Assembly (NCBI GenBank): GCA_051362555.1
Contig: CM120646.1
Coordinates: 4,526,001-4,590,000 of the forward strand
Direction: 5' to 3'
Length of the DNA: 64,000 bases
Source of the DNA: Lingula anatina
Taxonomy: Eukaryota > Animalia > Brachiopoda
The position numbers and the translations under genes were made by a program. The notes under the pieces are model-generated. The model made no database searches and was not told where the DNA came from. It was given only the letters and a program-made list of their open reading frames with translations. Below are positions 1 through 19,525 of this stretch, in pieces. Position 1 is the stretch's first letter, and each line of letters starts with the position of its first letter.

Positions 1-520
1 ACATGTAAAAGGCTTCGTGAATCTAATGCAGAATTGTTCAGGCGTAAATTTCTTCAAAATCACAAACAACTGTACACAGAATATGCGGATACAAATTAAA
101 ATGCTCGTTCTTTGACGCTGACTTATTAGAAATTGTGTGGAGAGAAGAACAATGTCTGGTTTCACATTGTGTTCACTATTTATATATCAACCAAATGATA
201 CGTTTCATATCTGTTTATAACCACACTCTCAAGAATATATATAACAATTAATTTACATAGTTTAAAATTTGGAAGCCATATCAGTGACTTCAGTGATCTG
301 AATAAAATGGCCAGGATACAATTCTCACTCAAATATTTACTTTGAACACAGAAGAATTAGGAATTTGTTTTATATACGATTGCTATTTCTAAGCTAGATT
401 GGTAGGATGCAATTGTTGATTATTTAGTTCAGGCAAGTATGCTTAAACTAGGTCCATGATATAAGTATTTATTATATGTATAATTCTGATTCATTTCTTG
501 CTATCAACCGGCCATTTTCG
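1..520 (+). other. 3' flank/UTR copy of an upstream kinase paralog (K0); the tandem array continues left of the window
   Basis: 1-480 aligns with 13375-13859 (3' flank of K1). 480-3050 aligns with 18321-21260. This is the same segmental unit without the hAT insertion. Confidence 0.8.
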
Positions 521-677
521 TAAAAATCCCAGTAAATAGTATCATTATTAGTGTGGTAAAATAAGCATACGTTGCATGGCTTTTGACGTACAAAAACATA
601 ATTTTGAGTAAGCATTGTACATATCTATTAATGAAATTATTTGGAAAATAAAAAAAAATCAAAACAACATTCTTTGA

Positions 678-718
<41 letters not shown>

Positions 719-1726
719 AGCACGTATCGATTTGAGAAATGTAAATATAAATGAAATATAAAACGATTATCTATATACAATAGGCCCTTAAGCACTTTCC
801 AAATCAACTTTACTAAACTAAAAAAGATAATTGTCTTGTTCATAATTTAGCTACCAGTGAAAAATCTATACAGAGTAAATATTCATCTTATCATATTGGA
901 CCTTAATTTTCAGCAAGGGGTCATTAGGTACATCTTTGATCGGACTAGTCTGTATTACTATATAAGGAGTAAAATTCCAATATAATTCAACATCTCAACC
1001 AAACTACGTGTTTGTCATACAATCCCTGTTACCCCAAGTGACCTAGCTTAGATGATCTTGTGACCTTAATGTGATAGATAAAGTACGGAGCACCTGTTAT
1101 CTACGCGTTGCTAGGTTGGTTGCCATGGTTCACATCTTGTTGAAGTCGGTGAATACAGCAATATTTAATATATGCAGATAAACATATGCTAGCAGTGCGT
1201 TACCTCAGCTTGGGTCTAATGTTAAGCGTCAGTTTTAATTTATCTGTAATCACAGATGATTCCCAGTATGTATTGCTACATTAGTATATCAGCAGACGGG
1301 TACTGAAATCTGGAAAATTTGAGTTTTCCAACATCTTGTCTACTGTTTTCATTATAATGCTAAATAATAATTGTGAAAACAAAAATAAATAACAAAATGA
1401 AAAATACAGGGAATTGATGAAAATTGTGTAAAACCGGCGGTGAATTCTAATAAGAAGTATTGAGTTTTTTTGTTTATTTTAGTATTGAGTGTTTTTACTT
1501 AGTTTATATGCAATCCCTCTGTCTAAAGAACATCAGGAATGTAATCATTTTTATCTACATTGCCTACTTTTGTGTCTATGCAAAATGTATTAGGTCACCA
1601 TCTCCAAAAGTGAATATGATAGGAACCAGTGTAAACAACAAGTAACATTTTTTTACATAGGTGAAATATGACCAACATAAAAAACTCGTAATATCTCGTA
1701 AAAAGTAGAAATCATATATCGCTTTT

Positions 1727-4686
1727 CTAGGAAGCCATCACAGCTGCGTACTCTACTCGTTCGTCGCTCGGGTTTACGGTTAATGTTTTTGACTTAGCTG
1801 ATCCTGTTCCCGTCGAGCTGACCGACTTGGGGTTATCATGTAGTGCCAAATCAGCATAGTGGAGGTTCTCTACATTCTTGTCGAGGGGCTGGAATGACCA
1901 AATTCTTATATAGTCTCTAGAGCACCAAGAGTTGTTAAATGTGAAAAAAATAAAAGTAGTCTCAGCAAAGGGTTCTTCTATATAAATAATAATAATAAAA
2001 AAAACAGACTCGACGTCCGTCTTCCATAACAATGTGACCAAATTTTTGTTAAAATACATATGCATTAGCTTAATTATTATCTCATGAAAGTATCGGTAAA
2101 ATCCACACTACTTACGTTGCTCTTCCTCCAGTCATCTACATTCTCTGCGCTCTCTTCAATAGGCTGAAATGAGACCTATACCTTCAAGTGGTTTATAGCA
2201 GTTACATTAAAGGGTAATTTTATCAAAAACCACAGACCTACAGGTATGTTTCATGTCTGTCTTCCTAAAATGTTACTGAATATCTGTTAAAAATATGCAT
2301 GTCGACTGTTAATCCAAGTCCTCATTTTTTATCATAAGAGCCACACTACTTAAGTTGCTCTTCGTCTTCTCATTGGTATTCTCTGCATTGCTGTCGAAAG
2401 ACTTAAGATCGGCGGTGTTCATTTAATTTTTAATATGCCCTGTACATAAATAGGAATAACTAGTACATGTGTTGCATTTCAAGTTATGGCAGTGTTAAAG
2501 ACATCGAATAACACTAAACATTAGCACGTATATGTTATTAGTTGATTTCTGTTCCTTGCGACTGCTGGTGCCGCTGCAACAAGACGGCCTTGTTCACAAG
2601 AAGCCTTTGATTTTATCAACATCATATCAAAACAGTTAAGAGTCCTACTCACATAACTCTTTCTGTACGTGGCCTTTATCTGGTCGATATCTGAACAATA
2701 GGATATGAAAAAATCAATTATTGGCGGAAAAAATCATTCAAACTTTGTTCTACATAAGTTTAAACAAGCTTTAATTTTAGTTTACACTTCAATCTGTCAC
2801 GTAGACTGTTCAGCACAGAGAGTAAGTTACTAACCCGATGTGGAATTCCCTTTGCTATTCTTTTTCAGACAAGTGACCGCGACGATGATGATGGTAATCA
2901 ACAGCACCCCTCCCCCGCATCCGGCGCCGACGGCGATAATAGTCTCTTTGGATAATCCAGTACTTGCCGGGTCCTTTGAACTACTGGATTTACTGGCTGT
3001 AATGAAAAAAATCTTCGTCAAGCAGCTGAGAGTATCGGACCGAATGGTTTCATCATTAAGTGATCACAATCCACACTGTAGAAAAATACGCCCCTACGAT
3101 ACAACCAGTTTGATAGTAACAACACGTCAGTGTTTTTGGCTTCTTTAAAAGCAGAACAATAGGTAAGTTTTCTCATAACTCAAAACATATAACAGTTGGC
3201 ATAATCAACACGCTGTAAACTTTTTTTTTTTGGGGGGGGGGGGTGCTTTGCTATTTATTCAGATTTTTCGTCTGTAGACAAATCATCGCTTGACCCATCC
3301 CTGTGCTCACTTGGATTGGATGTTTTATACCATTTCTTATCAAATCATGTAGTTATAAATGGCTGGACAGTCAATTAGACTGCCTTATCTTTCTGTACAT
3401 TTAGATACTTCATTAGAACTTTTATTGCTTTTACAGGAAATTTTACAGGATATGTAGGCATAGAACATATCTTTCAGGACAGTTTAAGTGCGTACAGTAC
3501 ATCTTTAATCTTTCATATGCCTTTTTCGTAGTGACTTATTAAATAACATGTGGACTACAGTATAAATTTGTATCTGATAGTCTTGTAAACGAGAAATTGC
3601 GAATTGACATTGACTTACGAGGTACAATACTAGAAACTGGAAACGTCGTCCTTTCTGAAAATAAAAGATACTGTTCGTTAGTTGATATTTCATGGCACGT
3701 TAAATAACACATTTTTTTCATTTGAAAAACTTGGTATGGAAATAAGATATAGACCATACATATGTAGAAGGCGGTAATGATTATAGCATAAAAGTAACAA
3801 AAACCTGTTATCCGAAAGATCTATGACGATGCTTACACCACCTACAGATATCCCTGTTATCTACTTTTTTAACGCTATTTATTGTGCTCTTCATCTCACG
3901 TTGTCGCACCTAGTTTGACATGATTAATGAAGATGTCAGATGACTTGTGAATATAGATGAAACGTTGGAAGGAAAAATCAATGGGCACACACGATTTTAT
4001 AGCACACTCGTCCCATGTCCCTCATTTCTAATGTTGATTTTACTTTTCGACCATACATATAATGCAATGTTTTCTAGATTATTTTTGAATATTGGTTTTA
4101 TTTCATCAGGACTTTGCAACATTCCAGCATTTAGAGCTTCTCGAAAGAGCTCGGCTGGGCTTTTGATGTCTTTTTGAACTCAACATTCCCCTGATATGTT
4201 TCATATATAGACAATTTGCTAAAATCAGTTAAAACAATTGCTTTATTACACAAAAGTTTATTTATTCACTTTCCAAGACTATAGTCTTTAGTCAAAGGAC
4301 ACGTAACGCCTAACATAATGAATTATTGACTATAATATGTACATTAAAACGTATGGGGACTGTACTATATGTCACTTGCAGAGGTAAAACTATGAGAAAG
4401 GACACCTTTATGAGTGTAACAGAATGGTTTTGTTTCTGATTTATTTTGAGGTTCGTGCTGTTAATAAAGGTATTGCTATCTGCAATTTATTCTCAATTTA
4501 AATCACCATGCAGTATATACTGAATATTATAAGAGAAAAATCAATACTACCGTCTAGGGGTGCAGAGCATATAATTACCATTTATTGCACTGACTTTAAT
4601 ACTCGTACTTGTAATATAGGCCTGTGTCGTTGTAAATGACGTTGTTAAAGATCGTAGATCTGTAATGATAATAAAATGCTCTTTTA

Positions 4687-4720
<34 letters not shown>

Positions 4721-5894
4721 CGTTTGCATTCCGTGTCGCTAACTTAGACAGAATGATTAAAGCTGGGACATTTTACATATGTATATTTCTTTGAAAACGA
4801 TACATATAAAATTCTTTGAAAAAGGTGGTAGTACCTTTACTTTGCTTGAAAAATGTTTGTATGATATATGGAATAAAGCACGCCATTAAAATTTTCATAT
4901 GATACGACGAGCGTATTTCGGACACTTTGCAAACAGCATTTATGCAGATTATCACCACACGAAGGTTCATCAATATGCTCACTTTCTTTTCTGTGAGAAT
5001 ACAGGTACTGATGTCTCTTTATTTTGTATTTTTTGTACATTTTGTACATTTTAATTGTTGTAAGACAATTTTTAAACAAATTTGATATTTTATGTGTTAT
5101 AATTCGCATCAAGACAAATCATTCTTCAACATACCTGGATTATTTCTAAATTGAAATTGTTAATCCAATCTTCACATAGCAATGTTTTGCCTTAGTTTGA
5201 TAATTTTTGATATGTATTTTTCTTCAACACACACACACACACACGCACGACTGTACATACCTGTAACTACAACGATAGTCATTGTTGGTAAGGTGATGTC
5301 CTCGTGATCACCTAGAATATTCATGGCACATGTGTAGTTTCCACTGTCAGATATGTTCGCCAATGGAATATTAAGTTGAAAGTTCTCTGTACCACTAGGG
5401 TTGTACACATTGTTTGGAGTTATGCTTCTATTAACACACTCCTCTGTCGTCGTATTCACTTTTGCTAATACGACCGTGCACCATGGATTATCATTCTTGA
5501 GCCATTTAACGCTAAAACTCAAGGCTGACAAATCTCTTGATGTGCTGAAGTTGCACCACAATGAAAATGGACTCCCAGCGTTCGGGGTAACCTGTTCACT
5601 CTGTGCTACAGTCTGGCTTATCACTGAAATGACCAAATATATGAGCGGTAGTTTTAACTCAGGTGTTGTTTCTCAAGTCACTACACACAATTGTTGAAGT
5701 AGTCAGTGCTTTAATTGGGGAGACTTTTCCGGTTTGGCAAGGGATGGGACTGTTCCTGAATACCTAAATACTGGTGTAAATGACTTAAGAAATAACTATT
5801 CAAAAGCGTTAAATAAAGTCCCTTCAAAGCTAATAAACTTACCCTCAGAGGTAACATAAAAGTACAAAGATACGAGCATTAACATCCACTCCAT
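1727..5894 (-). CDS. A1: inhibitory Ig receptor (SP-IgV-stalk-TM-2xITIM)
   Basis: Exons: 5894-5843 (MEWMLMLVSLYFYVTSE), 5623-5261 (V-set Ig, WCN...KW...DSGNYTC), 4659-4579 and 3654-3619 (Thr/Ser stalk), 2996-2835 (TM IIAVGAGCGGGVLLITIIIVAVTCL), 2690-2653, 2163-2116, 1888-1727 (PLDKNVENLHYADL...RVEYAAVMAS*). All junctions are GT-AG and in frame. Confidence 0.88.
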
Positions 5895-6058
5895 CTTTTT
5901 TAACTACCCATATCAACGTCAGAGGTTCATCTGCGAGGCTATCCTACATGTCAAAGTCCGCAGGTATTTGCATATCAAAGCGGAAGAGACCCTTTGCCTA
6001 CATGTATGATATGTTTAAATTTTAATAGCCAGAAAACTTTTACGCAATATCACCTGCG
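5895..6058. promoter_or_regulatory. Putative bidirectional promoter of pair 1
   Basis: About 165 bp separate the divergent ATGs. It contains TATCAAAGCGGAAGA (5973-5987), which recurs exactly at 28862-28876 and 59566-59580, and an upstream CAAAGTCC. Confidence 0.65.
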
Positions 6059-13223
<7,165 letters not shown>

Positions 13224-13859
13224 AGTAGATTTATTTGCAGTTGTTTTTTCATATGAATCTGTATGTAGGTTAAATATGCGAAGTTTGATAACTGTCTTTT
13301 TACTTATCAGCGTTTGCGTCCCGCGTATTAAGTAATGTTTACTGAATGAAACCCCACTGTCAATGCACATTGTGCGGATGTTAAATGGCTTCTTGAATCT
13401 GATGCGGTATCGTTCAGACGTAAATTTCTTCAAAATCACCACAGAATTATGCGGGCACAAATTAAAATGCTTGCTCTTCGACGCACTACTAACTGACACT
13501 GACTTATTAAATATGGAGGGAAGGAGAACAATGTCTGTTTTCATATTGTGTTCAGTATATGTATATCAACCAAGTGATACGTTTCATACCTGTTTATAAC
13601 CACACTCACAAGAATTTATATAACAATTAATTTACATAGTTGAAAATTTGGAAGCCATATCAACGACTTCAGTGATCTGAATAAAATTCTCACAATTCTC
13701 ACTCAAATATTTACTTTGAACACAGAAGAATTAGGAATTTGTTTTATATACGATTGCTATTTCTAAGCTAGATTGGTAGGATGCAATTGTTGTTTATTTA
13801 CAGGTAGTTCAGGCAAGTATGCTTAAACTAGATATAAGTATTTATTATATGTATAAGTC

Positions 13860-16800
13860 CAGAGTTGGAAATAACTGCCCGTCCCAACGTCCTTGTCGGT
13901 CTAATTTCATGAAGGACGGGTAAAAATAATTTGGAGACCGTCCTGTGGTCGGGCCGCACTTTGAAGTCGTCAATAGATCTGAGCGTGAAACACCGCGTCT
14001 TTCTTGATTTTGATTTTCACTATATATAAATGCTTTCAATATAAATCACATGATCATTCCAAATATATGGGAAAATAGGTCAGAGATACGTCATTACATC
14101 ACCTCCGACTATTACAGCGGGAAATTTCACGTGAACATTCCAAATATGGGAAAATAGGTCAGTTATACGTCATTAAATGACTACTTCCGACTTTTGTCGC
14201 GGGAAGATTCGCTGCAATAAGCCAATCAAATGCAAGGTAACATCGGTAATATGATAAAGAAGACAATGTGGCTAGCTAATGTGGCGTACATTTTAACTTC
14301 TACGTCTTTAGAAACACCCACATGCTACGAAAATTTCTTGGCCTTCCTGAAAAAAATCATGAAAAGCGACCAGCGACGGAGGTTCGTAAAGACTATGACC
14401 AGAACAAAAGGCAACGGACAATAGTTCCAAATTGGAGGGCAGAGTTCAAGTGGTTGATATGTGACGAGAACCGACAAATTTTATATTGCAACACGTGTCG
14501 TTCCGTTTACGGCCCGCTTTCTTCAAAATCGAACATTCCGGGGAAATTTAACAGATACAAAAATGGACCCTTTGTTAATGGATGCAAAAATTTAAGGCAC
14601 GATGCCTTAAAAATTCACGAACAATCCGAAGGACACAGATTCGCCGAATCGTTTATTACCAAAAAAGCTGGAGAGTCAACGGCTGAAAAAACCCTCCTTA
14701 GCCTGAACAGAGCAGTGGTGGACAAACTAGACAAACTTTTTAGATCAGCACACGCCATTGCAAAAAAATCAAGACCAATAAGCGATTTTGTCTGGCAATG
14801 TCAATTAGACATGAAAAAAGGACTGGATTTGGGGAACACATATCTCAACAACAAAAGTTGCAAAGAATTTATGGTCGCTATTGCGGAAGTGGAGCGGCGC
14901 AAAATTGAAGAAAAATTGGAAGAAGCCAAATTTGTTACCGTCATGTCAGATGGTTCCACTGATATCTCTGTCATAGAGAATGAGATTGTTTACGTGCACT
15001 TTACAATTAAAGGCATCACTTACTGTTATTTTCTTGGACTAGTGGAGTGCGAGAGTGCCAATGCAATTGGTATTTATAACGCAATTTTGAATGCTTTGAA
15101 GTTCAGTCGTGTGGATGTTTTAGAAAGGATTGTGGCCTTTGCTGGAGATGGAGCAGCAGTAAATACGGGACACTTAAACGGTGTCATTTCACATTTTCGA
15201 AGAAATGTGAATGAATCAACAGTGATGGTGCAGTGCTTTTCTCATAGGGTGGAATTGGGATATAAAGCGGCTCTCAAGGTAAGAATATCCGTACTCAAGT
15301 ATTATCATACAAGAATATTACATGTCAATACTTTTGTGCAACAAATAGTAGATCTAAGTTGGTTATTCCATCCTGTTCATTATCAGGCAATTGAAACAAA
15401 GCAAAATTGGACAGAAATTAGATATATCAATTTTGTCACATGAAACTACCAGTTCCATAATACCAGTACAGTTTATTTACTGATTATTCTTTACTTTAGT
15501 TTTGCTTTGGTGTAAGTGATTTTTTGTTGTTGTTTTTCAGGTAGCCCCAATGTTCACCAAAGTAAATGATCTATTAGATGGTTTGTTTAAATTTTACCAC
15601 AAAAGTGCTCTTCAAAGGAAACAATTGAAGAGCAATTTTGTAGACTTGCAGATCTCTCAAGCTCTCCCAACAAGGGTGGGCGGTACACGCTGGCTAGGGC
15701 ATGTGCAAACTGCCCTGAATATTCTCTGGAAGGGATACCAAGCATTTGTAACCCATTTAAGCCAGGTAAAATATGCAGTAAATTTATTGGAGAAATATAT
15801 ATATTTTTTGAATATTGAAAAAATATTTTTGTATAGTACCAGTTAAAATGCCTTATGATGAAGGAAATCCAAACGTATGCTTATTTTTCACATTTAATGA
15901 AATTTTGTGATTTTTTCTCATACTTCTTGCAGGCAGCTTTGAGAAGTAGTGGACAATCTGCTACTCAGTCCAAAGCCAAGCATCTAGTGAAACTCTTGAG
16001 ATCTAAAGATGTGATAATATTTGCCCATTTCCTGACTGATGTTGTGGCTGTTTTGACCAATCTCTCCATGTGCCTACAGAAAAGAGCAACATGTTTGTTT
16101 GAAGTTCACCAGGAGCTGGAGTGCACAATTGCTAACATCAAGAAATTAGGAAATAGGTAAAATGTCTGTGTGCTTAGAGTAGGTGATTGTTGACATAGTT
16201 TGCTTCTTCAATGTGCTCATCACTTGCTGGTAGTCTATAGTTGCTCCTAAATTTTTAGTAGCTTGAATAACCTTAGCTATAGATTATATTAACAGTTTCA
16301 CTTGCTTGAATCCCTTTGCTAGCAGCATATGTTTTTATTTTTTTTATTACAAAGCAACTTGTACATTTGTAGGCCTGGGCCTGCACTTAGAAGGGTAAGT
16401 GAGGGTGGAGACTCTTTCCAAGGAGAGCTTCTGTCTGGAGATGGCAGCTGTGATGCACAGATGAAAAGGGTGCTGGGTGCTTTGGTTGATAGTTTAGAAC
16501 ACAGATTTCAGGATGTGGAGAAAGGGTTGTTGAGTGCAACAAGAATTGCTGACCTCAAATCTTGGCCTACAAGTATTGATGAAGATGATGGTATTAATGA
16601 TAACAATTTCATTGCAAAATTGAGTAATGCATCCTGTAGCTTTGTCTTGGTCTGTGGTTCAAATAGCCTTGTTTGCTGTGGTCACTTATACTTTATATGC
16701 ATTAAACATTTCTGAAGTATACGAAAGTGTTTAAACACTACATTTAAATGTAATATAAGTAAAATGATGTACCAAACTGAAAGGAAATCCAAACTGAATC

Positions 16801-18320
16801 ATTCAAACTGAAAGTAGGCCTACTCACTAAATTGACTACATTCTTTTTTCCAGATTTTGGCATTGAGCAGGTGATTGTGTTGATGGAACATTTCAGGGAA
16901 AGGTTGGCTGGTGCAGGCATTCATGTAGATTGTATTGAGCCAGAATGGATAGTGTTAAAGAATTTACTGTATAAAAAGTAGGTTGCATATTTAAGGTTAA
17001 CACAGCTATATATTATTAAGAGTGCACTCTTACATGTACAGCAGTATCAGTTTTGCTAAGAGTTCATGTTGTATTGCAAATGAAAGAATATAGAATTTGA
17101 GAAGCACTAAGTTGGAATTAATTGTATATATTAATTGTACATGTTATTTTAGTTAAATCCATGATTTCACTTTTCAGTCACAAGGTGCATGTCATGTCGT
17201 GGGCCACAATCAATGAGCTGTATGGAGAGCGGTGCTCAAATGTATTAGGTTTAGTTGATTTAGTTCTTTCACTGCCTGCTGGTACAGCAGAGTGTGAACG
17301 TGGGTTTTCCCAGATGAAGATGATCAAGAATCAATGGAGAAACAAGTTGAAAGCATCATCTATGACTCTGCTAATGTCAATCCAGCTACATTCAAGCACA
17401 ATTCCAGAATTTGACCCCAAACCAGCAATAACTCAGTGGTGCACTGGGGCAAGAAGAAGGCCAACTTTCATGGAAAGAAGCAAGCCCAAATCTGCTGTTG
17501 ACCAATTTGAGGAGATAATTGTTGATGTGGAACAGGGTGAAATGGAGGGCACCAGTGTTCAGGTGACAAGTGAGCAACCATCAAAATCTGTTGACTCAGA
17601 CTACGAGTCAGATTTTTCAGACATGGAAGAGAGGGATGATAATGAATACAGTGAATCTGGTGGAGATGATTAAAGGAAATTATTTAGCAAAAATCTCATG
17701 AGTAAATGCAGTTTTTTCAATTAACATTTTGACGAGTTAATTGACATTCATCAATTTTATTCACCAAACTGATATTGTTTTACTTGCAAGCAGCTACTGC
17801 TTACCATGCCAATGATTTGACAGTTCAGTTTTGAATTTTAATGCTCCTTTCATGAAAATTTGCAGTGATGTAGATACCTCAGTTAAATTAAAATACTTGT
17901 TCTTCAGTACTGAGTGTATTGACTATTGTGCATTTTGTTTCTGTCAAATGGTTTGCTATAATTTTAATTAATAGATGTTTGGTAAGGTGCATCATATTTA
18001 TTTATTTATTTTTTATATTTTATTTATTTATTTATTTATTTTTGCAATCCATGATGTATGGGTGGGGGAACAACCATAACTGAATATAAAAATAAAATTG
18101 ATTTTTGGTATCAAGACAGCACTAGTATTATGACTTTTGAATTTTGAAAGAAAACAACTTTCAAAAATGTCTTGAATTATTAAATATAGTCATACATGCA
18201 CTGTATTATCATAGTTCTGTCGATTTAATGAGGACAGGCTGGTTTATGGTAGGACAGGTAACTTTCAAGTGTAACCTGTCCTGCTGTCTGGTTGAATCCT
18301 AGGAGGAGTTTCCAACCCTG
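13860..18320 (+). mobile_element. hAT-superfamily DNA transposon, apparently full length
   Basis: TIRs CAGAGTTGGAAA...TTTCCAACCCTG. ATAAGTC is duplicated on both sides. The paralogous empty site is at about 478-490. Confidence 0.9.
14322..17673 (+). CDS. hAT transposase (ZNF862/Tip100-like), 6 exons, open frame of about 750 aa
   Basis: Exons 14322-15278, 15541-15765, 15933-16156, 16373-16590, 16854-16977 and 17178-17673 splice in frame. Motifs: N-terminal WL..YCxxC..H zinc finger, SDGSTD, GDGAAVN, CFSH, TRW, AECERGFS dimerisation domain, acidic tail. Confidence 0.85.
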
Positions 18321-19525
18321 ATAAGTCTGATTCATTTCTTGCTATAAACCGGCCATTTTCGTAAAAATCCCGGTAAACAGTATCATTTTTAGTGTGGTAA
18401 AATGATCATATGTTTCATGGCTTTTGACGTACAAAAAACATAATTTTAATAAACATATTGTACATATCAATTAATGGAATTATTTGGAAAATAAAAAAAA
18501 TCAAAACAAAATTCTTTGAATTATTATTATTATTAAAACTCGTATCAATTTGAGAAATGTAAATATAAATTAAATATAAAACGATTATATATACAATAGG
18601 TCCTTAAGCACTTTCCAAATCAAGTTTACTAAACTAAAAAAGATAAATGTCTTGTATATAATTTAACTACCAGTGAAAAAACTATACAGAGTAAATATTC
18701 ATCTTATCATATTGGGCCTACATTTTCAGCAAGGGGTCATTAGGTACATCTTTGATCGTACTAGTTTGTATTACTATATAAGGAGTAACATTCCAATATA
18801 ATTCAACATTTCAACCAAACTACGTGTTAGTCATACAACTGACCCCAAGTGACCTTAGATGTTCTTGTGACCTTAATATGATAGATACAGTGTGGAGCAC
18901 CTGTTATCTACACGTTGCTATGTTGGTTGCCATGATTCATATCTTGTTGAAGTCGGTAAATACAGCAATATTTAATATGTGCAGTTAAACATATATGCTA
19001 GCAGTGCGTTACCTCAGCTTGGGTCTAATGTTAAGCGTCAGTTTTAATTTACCTGTAATCACAGATGATACCCAGTGTGTAATGCTAAATTAGTATATCA
19101 GTAGACGGGAACAAAAATCTTGAAAATGTGTCTCGGGAGGAGAGTTTTCCAACATCTTTTCTACTGTTTTCAATATGATGTTAAATATTAATTTTGAAAA
19201 CAAAAATAAATAATAAAATGATAAATATAGGGAATTAATGACATAATTCCCCTAAAATTCTACTTCAAGTATTGAGTGTTTTTACATAGTTTATATGCAG
19301 TCGCTTTGTCTAAAGAACTTCAAAAATGTAATCATTTTTATCTACATTGCCTACTCTTAATTGCGTCTATGTAAAATATATTAGGACACCGTGTGCACCA
19401 TCTCCAAAAGCGAATATGATAGAAACCAGTGTAAACAATAAATAGCATTTTTTTGCAAAAGTAAATCATGACCAACATAAAAACTCGTTAAGTTTAGTAA
19501 AATGTAGAAATGATATATCGCTTTT

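Noticed and set aside
2840-3148. Plus-strand ORF MEFPLLFFF... repeated at 21058
   Set aside because: It is antisense to the TM exon of A1/A2.
5401-5697. Recurrent conserved ORFs 'MYTL...LLTHSS...DVLKLHHNENG' (also 6699, 8190, 42664, 44140)
   Set aside because: They are antisense frames of the Ig exons, so their conservation is explained by the sense-strand Ig coding.
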